The notes under the pieces are model-generated. The model did not search any database. It worked only from the letters and a program-made list of their open reading frames with translations, and was not told the DNA's origin. 64,000 nucleotides of DNA, taken from positions 11,770,213-11,834,212 of the forward strand of contig OZ234493.1 in NCBI GenBank assembly GCA_965153455.1. Reading direction: 5' to 3'. This DNA is from Sphagnum compactum (taxonomy: Eukaryota). The first letter of the stretch is position 1. Each line of letters opens with the position of its first letter. The translations under genes were made by a program, and so were the position numbers. Shown piece after piece: positions 11,361 through 24,300 of the stretch.

Positions 11361-14300
11361 CTCAAGGTGCCGCTCCCATAGAACTTTAAATCATTTAGAA
11401 TGAACAAGAAATAAGAAAGTTAGAAGCTTTAAGAGTAGGAGAGGTTCAAAGCGCAAAAAAAAAAGATGCATTTGGTGAGTTGAAGAGCTTATTTTTTCAT
11501 CTTGCTATTGCTATTTTTTTTATTTGCACCTCAAAGATGATTTCTAAAAACTTGAGGTAGCATTCCAGTAACATTTTTAAATTATTCAAAATGAAGCACA
11601 AATGACAAAGATCTAAATAAATGTTCGATGAGAAGGTAATGATCAATGACGAATAATTCTACACTATTTGAACTGAAAAAATCTCCAATGAATTTTGTAT
11701 TGTATTCATAAAGCATTTCAAAAGGTGAAATGCCCATAGATGCTAGCATTTCCCATGATACCCAATGGGTATTCGCCATGTATCATAAGAAAACAATAAA
11801 AACTAAGAGATTTGACAAATATTTTCATCAGGTAACACCCTTCACCATGTATTGGAATTGGGTCCACTTGGGAGCAACCATATTCTCTCAGCAAGCATAT
11901 GTGTTTGAAATTTTGTTTCATGATAACGTTTGCATATAAGTTTTGATTGAAATGTTTTCAATTACAAAGTTATAGCACTCCTTAAAACCTTTCCAATGAT
12001 AAGTCGCAACTTAGTAGAAAATAGTTGTGATTGAAAAAGATTCAAAACATATATTTCTTTGAGGAACTTGAACATTTTCTCAAGAAAAGTATATTGTATG
12101 CTAGGGATGGTGCTCTTCTGTTGAAAGAACTTGGGCTCTTCCTTGATAAAAGTACGCTATACTTTGGAAAAGTGCTTTTCTTCTCAGAGAATTTGAGCCT
12201 TTTCCCATGGAAAGTTCATTGCTTCTCTAATAAGTTGTTTGTTCTTGAAAAAATTTCATGGAGAACTTGCTTGGACTAGCATTTAGTCTTTTTCTCCTTA
12301 AGAAATTTTCTAAAAGGGAAAAAATAATTTAAATATTCTATGAATTTTTTTATTCATTTTATTTGTTGAAAAGAAAAATTAGAAAAAATATTGAACCCCA
12401 AACCATTGAGTTGAATTGAGGATTCTACCTATTGCCTCATATGTTTTTTTTTTGGAAATTGTCATGTGAGAAAAATATTTAAATTATTATGCGGACACAA
12501 TAAAAAAAATAAAACTTCATGTTGGGTATTGTATTGTAAATACATTGAACCTGATGCTGCATTGAACTCATTCTACTATTCTACTATTTAGTGTTCATCA
12601 ACAAAGATATGCTACGATTTGTCCGTTATAGGACTTCAGAAAATTTTACTCCTGTATGAGCATCCCCTCAGATGAAGAAAAGTCAAAATATGCTGGTTTA
12701 TATCAGGAAAATGGTTTTGGTCCTGCATATGTGGTCAGTTTGCAGCAGAGGCTGGTAAGGGGAAGGAAAGCTGTGCACCTGCTAGAGAAGAGTGTAATAA
12801 ATATGATCTATCTGCTTTTCCCTGTTTTTAATTGGCCAATCATAATGATTGGTCCATGTGTGGTTTGCTATTAGTAGTTTTCCACCTATTTGCAGTTCTA
12901 GTTTCAGTTTCATAGGTGGGGTTTCAAAAAAGTAAGTAACTGCACTTGGATGTGAAAAATATGTTTGGAGGGTCACATACTAAGCATTGGTGGGGATGCT
13001 CTAAGTGAATGTATGGATTGAAAGATATAGCTCATTCTCAAAATATAATTCCGTGCAATTTTTGTAATTGCACACCTGAGATTGAATTCATTAGTGCTTA
13101 CATACCCACAGTCAAGAGTCTCATGACCGCAGGAGGCTAAGTGAAAAAATAGCCAATTCATTTAACCACATTTGAATTTTTTGCAAATACTAGAGATACA
13201 AGGTTCTATTATTTTCACAATGTTGAAATACTTGTGACACCAATCGTATTAACTTGAAAGAAACTAACCAAGGACTCCATCTCAAAAGTGAGAATCACCC
13301 AATACTAATAAGAACTAAGAACTCTCCTCTTTTCTAGAGGGATACCATCCCTACTACTGATGTTTGGCACTTCTTTGCTGTATATATATGTAGGTATGTA
13401 TTCTACAATGCGAGGTGTGGCAATTTCCAATTTAATTTTTTAGAATTTCAGCAAGTTGAGGAGTAAGTATGGAAAGTATGCACCCTTTGTTGTTTATTTG
13501 TAATAGTAACCCAATGGTTGGCACAATAAACATTTTTTTCACAAGTTGTGAGTTCAATTATCAACAATTTCAGCAAATATTAATAAAAGTTCTTTTTTTT
13601 TTCCAGCTAGATCTTTTGTGAATTATTTTCTGTCAAACATTGGTCATAGGTACACAATATTCACTTGTCTTTGTATTTGAAGCCACACCCACCAACAAAA
13701 ACTTCAGTGTAAAATTGAAGGGACCTTACAAAAGTGGAAGATCTCAAAAATGGGATCTTCCACTCTTGTGTTTTTGAGATCTTTCAGTTTTTGCAGCAAG
13801 GGTCCCTCAAATTTTGGAAGTTCTTTTATTTAGGGCAAGGAGCACAGATTTTTTTTGGGAACTCTTGTTTTATTCTTGGGACCAGTCTCCTCAGGTCGTA
13901 TGGGCCTCAAATTGATGGACCCTGGGCCCCAAAATCCAAGAAGAGTGGAAAAGCTGTCTTGGGTATTGTGCAAGAAAGATAAATAAAATATTGATCATAG
14001 TTCGAGTACAATAACAAAAAAATTTAAACATTTTTTTTTTTTTTGGTTGGGCATTAAAGTTATTCCTAAAGTCAGGAAAAGACGGCACCAAAACCCCCTA
14101 TAGGGGATGAGATTTCAAAAAGCAGGGGGAAAAAGTACACTGGGCTTCAACGGGGCATGAAACTCTGTTTAGCAGGAAATTTGGTGCTAAACTGAGGGCG
14201 AGACTTTAGATGAGGGTCCAAGCTCCAGGGACGAGGGACCAATGAATTCAAGCAATCTTATTGGTCAAAAGCTTCAAATTGGTCCCAAGGCCTTTAGACA

Positions 14301-14486
14301 AGGGTGCAAGACCCAAAAGTGGCAAAATTGAGGCTAAACCTACATGGCACCTGTTTGGGAGGGAAAATCAATTGGTTCGGACCAAAAAATAGTGCTACAA
14401 GGAGAGCTCCTGATACGGAGAACCAAAATGAAAATCTCAATATTTCATACCATCTTACTTATATAAAAGAATGGGTGTCCGCACAT

Positions 14487-16060
14487 GCTTGATGCGATAA
14501 TTCCCCATTGGTGAAGCTTGATGCGATAATTCCCCATTGGTGAAGCCTCCGGAATGTTTGCTCTCATCAACAAACTGTGCCAAATTCTGGGCCAAAACCA
14601 CTTTGATTGGCCCATTGCTCCCCAAAAAAAATGAAACTATGGAGGCTCCTCAAAATAGAAGGTTCTGTTTTGATGTATATAGTTCCTGCCCTTGGGCCCA
14701 CCTATATAGGTGAAAGTGCCAAAGCATATGGGCTAAAGGTGAGGTGCTTATATGGAGAACATGTTGGGGAACACATTGTGAACTTGAGAAACATTTTGGG
14801 AACCCATTAGGAACTTAAAAGGAACATCGTGGGAACACATTAGGAAACAGGGAAAACTGGAAAAAAAAATCTTCCTTCTCTCCCCCCCTAACTTAAAAGG
14901 AATAAATGCAAGGCACCTTGCGCCCTCCTATTAGTTGAAAGGAAAATAAATCCTCCCCTCCCGGCCCCCCTGGGGCCGCCCCCAATAAAACTTGCATGAA
15001 AAGTCCAGGACACTGGACAATCCAGTCTCCACACCAAATACAGCTTGAAAAAAAAAACCTCCCCTCCAACCTCCAACTTCCCAACCCTAAACCCAAAACT
15101 TGAAAGGAAAAAAACCAAGGCACCTTGAGAGCACGATTGCACTTCCCATTTGGTTGGATGAAATTTCTCTCCTCAAAAGGGTTCATCGCATTTTTTTGCC
15201 TGGGCTATTATCCCTCGCAAGGAACACCTCAGCTATATAGGTGAGAAGGGGAGGATTTTGGGCAAAACATATGGGTTTGATATTAGGTGCTATTGGGAAC
15301 ACCCTTGGGGAACACATTGAGAACTTGGGGAACAACTTGGGAACATGATAAGAACACATCAGCAACTCATGAAAAAAAAAACCTCTCCCCCCTTCCCCCT
15401 GCCCCCAAAACCCAAATTAAAAAGCTGGGGCGCCTAAATGGATGCTGCACCCTCCCATTGGCTACATGCAATTTCTATTTTCAAAACTATTAGTTACATT
15501 TTTGGCCTAGGCTAATGGCAGGGAAATAAATTTGGGAAAATAGTCACCTCTCCTATTAATTAGATGAGGTGCCTCCCAAGTTCTTTACTTTTATTTTCTT
15601 TTGGCAACATGCCAATTTGATTGGCCCATCACTCCCCCAAAAAAAAAACAATGGAGACTCCTCCAAACAGAAAGTTCTATTTTTAACTGTACAGTTCCTC
15701 CCCTTCGGCCCAGCTATATAGGTGAAAGGAGGACACCATTTTCCAAGGCATATGGGATAAAAGTGAGGATGTATGGAGAAAATGTTGGGGAAAATATTGG
15801 GAACCCATTGGGAACTTGAAAGGAACACAATGCAAACACATTGGGAAGCCAGGAAAAATGAAAAAAAAATCTTTCCCCCCCCCTCCCCTCCCCCCCCCCA
15901 AAACATAAAAGGAAAAAAAGCAAGGCACCTTGAGTGCATGCTTGGGCCTTCCCATTGGCTGCATGAAATTTCTCTTCCCAAAAGACTTCGTCACCATTGG
16001 CATGGGCTAAGGCCCCTTGCAAAGAACACCCCACCTATTCAGTGTTGGGGCACATTTAAT
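14487..16060. repeat. Cluster of related non-coding repeat units (GGGAAC-rich), probably non-autonomous TE copies
   Basis: Three related blocks (about 14600-15230, 15230-15540 and 15610-16050) share tataggtga...catatggg...gggaacacatt...aaggcaccttga. A 29-bp tandem duplication occurs at 14487-14545. Confidence 0.55.
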
Positions 16061-16523
16061 TTTTAAAAATAATTGTAGGTTTTTCAAACATTTCAGATCC
16101 AGAACTGTTTTTGTAACTATTTCAAAATTCAGGCATTCCAGATGACAAAGTTGGGATGGTAGCGTTGATGAATGGGTAGAGTCAACATGGCTAAATAGTT
16201 CAGCAAATTGTATTCCATTATTTTATTGGCCTTGCCTATCAAGATATTGTATTTAGATTCATTATAGAGTACAAAAAGCAAAATGATCAGGAGAAAGGAT
16301 TCAGAGGACCTTGAGAACATAACACTTTAATAATCTTTTGCTTAATTTGATCATTTTGCAAGCAAAATAGGTTTACAGACTAGTTGTTTAATAAAATTTC
16401 ATGACTTTGGGGACAAAAAGCAAGTGGGGATGAAGCATCAAACGAGGGGTGACTTCACGCATAACTCTATTGTCGTACGTACAAATGCATGCATCCAGCA
16501 GTCAAGCCCCACAACGAATTAAA

Positions 16524-16623
16524 CTGCTGTTTAGTGCTTACAGTGGGGCCAGAAATTTTCTTCACATGCCTAATTTAGGAGCCTTCCCGAATTTCTGGCC
16601 CCACTGTAAGCACTAAACAAGTG
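16524..16623. mobile_element. 100-bp foldback/MITE-like insertion
   Basis: Perfect 30-bp inverted arms at 16528-16557 and 16590-16619, flanked by a 12-bp direct repeat CAACGAATTAAA (16512-16523 and 16624-16635). Confidence 0.65.
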
Positions 16624-16813
16624 CAACGAATTAAAAAGTGTCCTTCCCCAATAAGGGACCTGGGCCTACACTGGGACCCTACCTCTGGTAATATGTTCAC
16701 ATGGATCTCGTGAGCTCCTTGTTCACATGGAAGGATGGATCTTGTGTAATGTTCTTTGCATTTCTGTTGTTGTCGTCGTCGTTGTTGTTTTTGAGGCGGG
16801 GTAAGAAGAAGCA

Positions 16814-17134
16814 ATGGCTAGCGAAGAAGAAGAAGTAGAAGAACCCAATCTCGATAGTAGTAGAAATCAGTCCTTCATGGAGATTTGTAGACTAAAGCTG
16901 ATGGAGCACATCAAGGGAACAGGGCTGAAAGCAGTGTTGCTGGGTCAATTCCTAAGCCTCATTAACGCTAGCGGAGGGTTCTCGTCTGCAGTGATGGCAA
17001 GAAATGGCATAGATGCACCCACAACCCAATGTTTTTTTTTCTTCCTGCTCCTGACAACAGTTTACGGCTCCATCTTCCTCTACAGAAAGAAGCAGTCCCA
17101 GATCTCCCCGTGGGTGTATCTTCTGCTATGTGTT
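16814..17134 (+). pseudogene. 5' part of an SLC35F1/F2-like transporter gene, truncated
   Basis: LLGQFLSLINASGGFSSAVMARNGIDAPTTQ...LLTTVYGSIFLYRK...WVYLLL matches the plant SLC35F N-terminus. Similarity stops after YLLL, and no downstream exons (e.g. KAYQYT) were found. Confidence 0.7.
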
Positions 17135-20100
17135 AGGAAATTGCTATTTCAATCACTGGTACTTGCACACCTGGCTTCTTACTGCTGGACTTAAGATGCT
17201 GTAGGTCTGATCCCAAAGCATGAATGGAGATGTAACATGGAACCTGCAATCAAGGCCAGCCTGCCACCACAATTGGAAAACGAAGGCTGCAACTGCTTTA
17301 AGGGGCTAAGCCCAGAAAATGCAAAAATTACTCTTGCTTCCTTAGGTCATGTCAATACCTCGAAAGCATGAGCTCCTTCTTCCTGCAAAAAAGAGTTCAA
17401 TATTAGAGAACCTCCTACAGGTGTTACATCTCTCATCCTACAGGTCTTTGGCTTCCCACTCTAGATCTCCCACAGTACTTGCATCTGAGGGCCTACAATG
17501 GGTTTTGCACCACCTATTACTAGCAGACATATTCAGAACGCCCTGCTTCTCCTAGCTTTAAGGCCACAGACTCTGCAGGCAGTTTGGATGGCAGTCTTAT
17601 TGAGGAAACCTGTACTCAGAAGGCTACTTTCAATACCCCAAGTGCAGAGTTTCAACTGAGCAATAGTAGTTTTAAGGGAGAACAGCTGGTGTTCAGGGCA
17701 TGAAGAGGTGAAAGAATGACCCTCTCAACTTTCGTGAGGGAAGCACTCCAGTTTTAGGACTCTTCACACACTTAAACTTGATGTGACTTACCACTAGCAT
17801 TACAATCAGCATTAACAGTAGCAAAACTTGGCAAACAAAAACTGCAGGCAGAAGATCTTTAGTCTTTGAAAGAGGACCTCAACCTGATGAGAGCACCCCT
17901 CATTCACTGCTTGTTAATTTAACATACTCTCTCAATTGCAGTACAGAGTCCTAAAACCTTTGAGATCCAATTCTGTTGTGCCACATGATAGAAGGATGGA
18001 CAGAGAGACAAGATTGAACAAGTTTTCAATTCCCTATTGAAATTCTGAGCTCTTGAACAATGCATGTTAGAGAAGCTACTTTGAAATGCTGTGTTTTTCA
18101 CACTGGGTCAAAGGCCATTAATTGATGGGAAAAAAAAAGTTCTGGATTAGATCAATGTCCTCCAAAACACCCTCTGCAATGTGTGCTTGAAAACTCTTTA
18201 ATCTCTGCAGGGAGAGTTAGACATGCAAAGCCATCTGTATGGTCACATATCCAGATCAATGTTATAAAGAGACTTCAAGGGAACCAAGAGAAAATCACAT
18301 TACAAGACAAAGAGTACAGGAGGAAAACAGGACAAGAAAACAGGAAAACCCATGAATGACCCAGAGATGATTACCAAGACTGTCCAGAGTCAAACATAAC
18401 CCCTCCATATAGCATATATATCCCTGGATAAGGAGGCCTCTCAAGTTCCCATTTGTGTCCTCGACCAATGTGCAACAGTGAGCAAAGGAGTAAGACACTA
18501 TCGAACTGTGTTGGTGTTGAATATCTTCATAGATACTGAGAAATTCTCTATTCTTACAATTTACATCAACCTGAAAAGAATTGAGGGATGACTAAATTTA
18601 TAGATACTTCAGATTGACAACATAACAGCAACCAATCAGTAAGCATGAAAAAGAGGGAACCCAACCCTGAGAAAAGAGAGAACAAAACCAGAAAAACTGA
18701 AGAGCAGGTTGAACAACGGCAAGAGTCATACGCATCATAGGGAGCTTCAACAGCAACATGTATGGTATTGACCACCTACCATAATAGATCCCTATCCCCA
18801 CCAATAGCTCCCAAAAATGGGCGGAGGTTAGTTTCAAACATTAACCAACATACTGAGTTTCAGTTAGAAGGCTGGAAGTAGTGGGAAAACCAAGCCATAT
18901 GTTGGTTGGCTCGCTAGCTCAACAAAACCTAAGAGGGCAGGAGAAGACCAAATATCCCAAGAAGAAAGAGGAACACAACACAAAAGAGAAGAAGGAAAGA
19001 AAAGAAAAGATCCAAACAAGGAGGAAGAGAGAGAAACAAGATGGAGAACTTTAAGAGCAAGTCTTTAGAGGACAAAGTGAGCTTTAATAAGTCCCCACCT
19101 AATTAAGAGGCCTTTGAAATAATCAGAGATTCACAAAGCTTGAAACACCAAACAGGAAACTTAATTTATTAAGCAAACTTCTGGTCAGATTGAAGGAAAC
19201 AAGTATGACCTTTCTTCAGCAGAGCAATTAAGGTTGCCATTTGAGCTACAGAGGATTCTTTGGAACTACAAAGCCTAAAGAACCTTTAAAACTGACTACT
19301 GAATACTCCAATTACCAGGAAAATTTTGTCTAAGGATTGAAAGAAGACATTCGTGACCAAAGCAAGGTTCAGAATAAAATAGAGACCTATCCTATCCATG
19401 TGAGAGGAAACAAAGACTGAAATAATGAGATGTCTCCCCCCAAAACTGAAATCTAGAGAGGTGGGCATTAAAGGAACGACTGACACTCAATGATAAGACC
19501 CAAGACATCAATAAGCTGCAAAGTGTTGCCAATGAGGAGGAAGCTCATTTGATCAAGATTCCTGGTCCTATACATGGCAAGAAACTCAGAAGAGAACTTA
19601 TCTTTAGACATGATATCAAGGAGACATAGTAAACCTTTTTTGTTAATGGAATCCAGTGGTCAAGCATGAGGGCCAGAATCCCTCTCCATAGAGGAGGAAC
19701 ACACAGGAAGGGACAGAGGAGCACAACTAAGAGGAAGGGACTCTTAGTTGCATTAGCATTCAAAATAGACTCCTTTATATGGATGCTTTTTCCATAGAGA
19801 AGCAGCCAACACCCCTACCAGACAGAGAATGGGGTATAGGGGGAGGAGGCTATCTACATCTGTCATGATGGTTCTATCTAATCATAATCCTTGCCCAAGT
19901 CCTTCCAGACCCCACCCCACCTCCAGCACCCTTGCCTCAATTCTATGAACCTCTCATGCCCATCTTCCTGCACAACATTCAAACTACATTTGAGCACAAT
20001 GTATTATACAATGGCAATCAAAGCAAAACCATGGGTGCAAACCACTACGAGACAGAAATGTGCATATTGAAACCCTTCTCAACAATCTGAAAACAAAGAA

Positions 20101-21320
20101 TGAGAAGTGGACAATAAAAGTGAAATGTAAAAAGTACACTGACGACAACACCTTCTTCCATTGAGTGATCAGTTTCATGGTGTCCTGTGTGATACATCGG
20201 CTGGCCATCTCTGTATGTAAAACATACTCTCTTCAGCTGCTTTGTAAAATGAACCCCTCCTGCCAAGGCTGTCCCCATAGATCCCCATTCTGCTGTGTCA
20301 CCCTCTCCTTCTCTATCTTCTGGCTTCCTTTGATTCCGGCCTTTATTCTCCTCAAAATTTCCCTCTCTTAGACACGTCAGCTTAAGCAACTCCCTTCTCA
20401 AAGCTCTGGTATAGCCCCTTGATTTTCTTCCCACCATCTGTGGTAATGCCTGTGGCATAGCTGCAATTACAAACATTGTGTTGAGCTCATATCCTGTTCC
20501 AAAACATCTTCATACATTGCGCTTGTATGAAGGAGTAATCTTCACATAACGCCACTAAAACATATGCAACTTACTTTAGAGAAGAGTCTCGAACAGATCG
20601 TGCAAGCTCCTGCCATGCATTCCCGAGCTGAGTCATCAGCCTAGATGACTGAAGAACCAAGTTATAGGTCTTGATGTCCCCCTCCTCACTAGATGGACTT
20701 GTGATCATGCGCCTATCTGGTGTTGCATTTACGCGACTCCGTGAGCCATTTCCGAATTACGAAACAGTTACGGAACCAATCATTCAACAAAGACTTGCCA
20801 ATACAAAAAAGAGGAGCGGGACACAAAGTAGCAAAGCAGAAAGCAGAAATTAAGCAATTCTCACCAAAAAAAAGGGAGAAAAGGTTGAAGACAACACGCA
20901 AGCACTCAATGGGACATACCGCAGAATTTGAAGACGAAACACAGGATTAAGCTGATTCTAAAGGGAACAACAATGTAACTCACTCCACCTCATAGCCTGC
21001 CTCCCCGTAGTCAGCTCTTTGGGACCCAATCCACGATACTCGAAGAGATTCCTCCCATGTAGATGCCTACTCCGAGAAGCAGCCAAAGAAAACCAAAAAC
21101 GTCTGAATAAAAAGCCCACACACAACAGCAACAACAACAAATCAAAAGCTCGATGCCTGGACACCGAGCTCATCACCACCACCTGGTCCTCCTCTAATCA
21201 CATAAATCCCAACACATGCACACAAACATCAACCAAAAACCACGAAGAGAAATCTCCATAGAAACAACCCAAAAAATAACAACCACCATAGAAAAACACA
21301 AGGAGAAAATGGAGGAAAGC
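17135..21320 (-). other. Unidentified ~4.2-kb block interrupting the SLC35F gene, possibly a decayed retroelement or gene on the minus strand
   Basis: Purine-rich plus strand, many short minus-strand ORFs, and a T/G-rich 5'UTR-like end near 21300. No recognisable domain or TSD. Confidence 0.25.
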
Positions 21321-24300
21321 TTTCCATAAGATTGATTTGGCTGGTTGGGTAGTAAGTTTATGACACACTTGCAAAGAATTAATTCCTTATTAGGGACATT
21401 TCTTCATATATGATAAGTAGTGGATCACTTTGTGTTGTGGAAGAATGAATATAGAGTTTGAGGTTTGAATGTTGTATGAATTTAAAAAGTTGCCCTTGTT
21501 GAGAATTAAAATTTGAGGTTGTAGTAAGCATGTCAATATCAAAATCACTTAAAGAATTGTGGGATATGAGGTTGGTGCTAGAATGATGAGTCCGTGTAAC
21601 ATTTCCAAAAAAGTTGCACCTGAGGTAGAACAAGATTTATATATAGAAATAACATGTATAGTTTTTTTAAGTGTTAGGTAGTTACAATAATTTTTTATTC
21701 AACATATGTCATTGTCTTGCATGAATGCAAAGTTACATTGTCATCATACATCATTCAACTATCAAGGTTATCTTCAATATATTTATATATCAAAGTAAGA
21801 TATTTTTTCAATCATCATTTCTCAAATATGGGGGATGTTTGTAAGTTAAGATCATGTTGAAATTTTTTATTATGTTGATATAATATATTAATATCAAGAC
21901 TTTGAATGATAACTTGTGAGTGTTGATATGTTTTCAATCTTGGATCAATAGTTTCCAATTAACAAATTATGTAAGTTTTTTCATTTTGAATCTTGTAATG
22001 TATTAAGGACATACAAATTTTCTTTGGTAAGAACATGAAAGAAGGCCATACAAGTTAGTCCATGTTTATACAAAATGTTGGGTCAATTGTTGTTTCATTT
22101 AACAATCCTTTAGACTAGTGGACCATTCTAATGGTAGCTAATTGAGTGGAATAACATGTGATAATAACATGTTTAGGAGTGGGCACATTTCTTGATTCAC
22201 CATCATTTAAAAGGATAGGCATGAATGGTTAAGATTCTAATATGACATTTTCATCTTCTCCAATTCCAATACTTTCATCACTCCTTTAGGCACACCTTCA
22301 CCTTCGGCTAAATCCTCCATGACTATTATCATGTGAACAAACCATGGCCATGTTAACTCTTTTTTTTTGGTTTGTTCTTTTGACAATGATTTTTGATGCT
22401 AGTACTCACCCTTCATTTTTTCAATCTTGTTTTTAACTTTAATTTTAACAACACTAACAATTGATGATGGTGCTTGGTGCAAATATGAGTCCAATGCTTG
22501 AATGACAAGCACGATTTATCAAGTTGCCCCATTCTTTTTCATATAAGTCAAGAACATTAGGAAAAACAACATCAATCCATCTCCCTCCAAGACTTGCTTT
22601 ATCATTCATTAATTTTTCTATTTGTGATTTCATTTTACAACTGGTAATTGCACTGATTGAGGGTCAAAAAACATGGATGGTGAAAATGCTTCCACCAATG
22701 GAGGATTTTCAATCAATGGTAATCCATCATCCATGATTTTATCCAAAAAAGTCACACCCAAAAACAAATGAATAGAAAGTCAAAGTACTCAAGGATTCTT
22801 TCAACTATTATTTTTTAAATTTACATTATACGAATACAAATGAAAACAAAGAAACTCAAATTTAACTCTATAGAGATGCATAACATGTACACATTCACAA
22901 GTATTAACAAACATAACAAGAATTTTCTTAAAAAATTAAAAAAAACCTAGCCCTAATACATATTTTTGAGTTACAAATACATTTATTTTATACATCACAA
23001 AAACACAAGATGAAAACAAAGTGAAAGACAAAAATGATTTTACAAACATCCTTTACATGCACACATAAACAAAAATTAGAGCTCCACACTATTGGGCACT
23101 ACCAATGACGATCAACTATTTTATTTTTTCTTAAGTTTTCATATGGTTTTTAATAATTCATCATTATTTATGTCAATGTCAAAATTAATTTAAATTAAAA
23201 TATACATTTCATGGACATGAAAAGACACATGTTAACTTGTTTTTTCATATCCATGTTGGTGGATAGGGGAAAGGAGTGAGGTAGTTATAAAATGGAGGTA
23301 TTTATCAAGGAAAAGTGAGAGATAGTTATTAAGAAAGTTCATAGGAAAAGGAAACAATTATTAAAAAAGAAATGAAGTAGTTAGGCTTCAAAACAAGATA
23401 ATTATTTTTTAAATTGTCTTTGAAATGGTCCATGGACGACCATACGAAGAATTCCAAAAAAAATCCCCCATATACCAATTCCCATTCTCATCACTGCAAT
23501 TAGAAACTAAAACAAATAAAAAATGGACAAAAATAATAGCCACCTTTGCAAGAAATGTTGTAAAGCTCCAAGTGTTGCTAAACTTTGGGACTTTGCAGTA
23601 CTAACCTTGCAGTGTGAGTAAATATTTTTATTATAGTAATTTTTAATAATAGAAACACTGTTTTATCATTTTTCTTGAACATATTTTTACTTGGGCGTAG
23701 TTGATTGCTGCAGCCTAGATTGTCACATGCAGCCATGAAGCTCCATAGCCACACCCTGGGGCTTAAGTGGGAGGCTGCGGCTGAAGCCCCCCACTTGCCC
23801 CTCAAAGCAGCACATGTGCCTTGGTGTTCTGAGAATGTCCACATGGTGACAATATGCCCGAATATTGTTCCATTAAACTACCAACACCATCGAACAAAAA
23901 ATCTTGATGTGAAAAAATATCATCTTGCCCATGAACACTACTTGCAAGTCACAAAATTAAAAAAAAACACTAAAGTTGCACATAATACTATCATGGAGTG
24001 AAATCAAATGTAGGTGCATAAAGGCACAATTGTAAGCATTGGGACTTTGTGATGAAGTGTAACACTTGTTTGAACCAAATTCATTGTTCTTTGTGAAAAA
24101 AATTGGAATGAAAAAGTAAGAAACTTGACAACAATGCCAAAATCTTGAACATAATTTCACCTAATGTAATGATGGTGTCACAATCTTGGAGTTCATTCCA
24201 TTTGACTCACTCCATGAAGCTCACAATTGCAACATTAATGGTGACATACACAAACCATTCAAGCATGTCGCCATTATAGCAAAGTTGCATGCCATTCAAG

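Noticed and set aside
21331-21360. Possible continuation of the SLC35F exon (IDLAGWV then GTAAGT)
   Set aside because: A similar gctggttgggt string occurs at about 25060 in unrelated context, no TSD supports the join, and no later exons were found.
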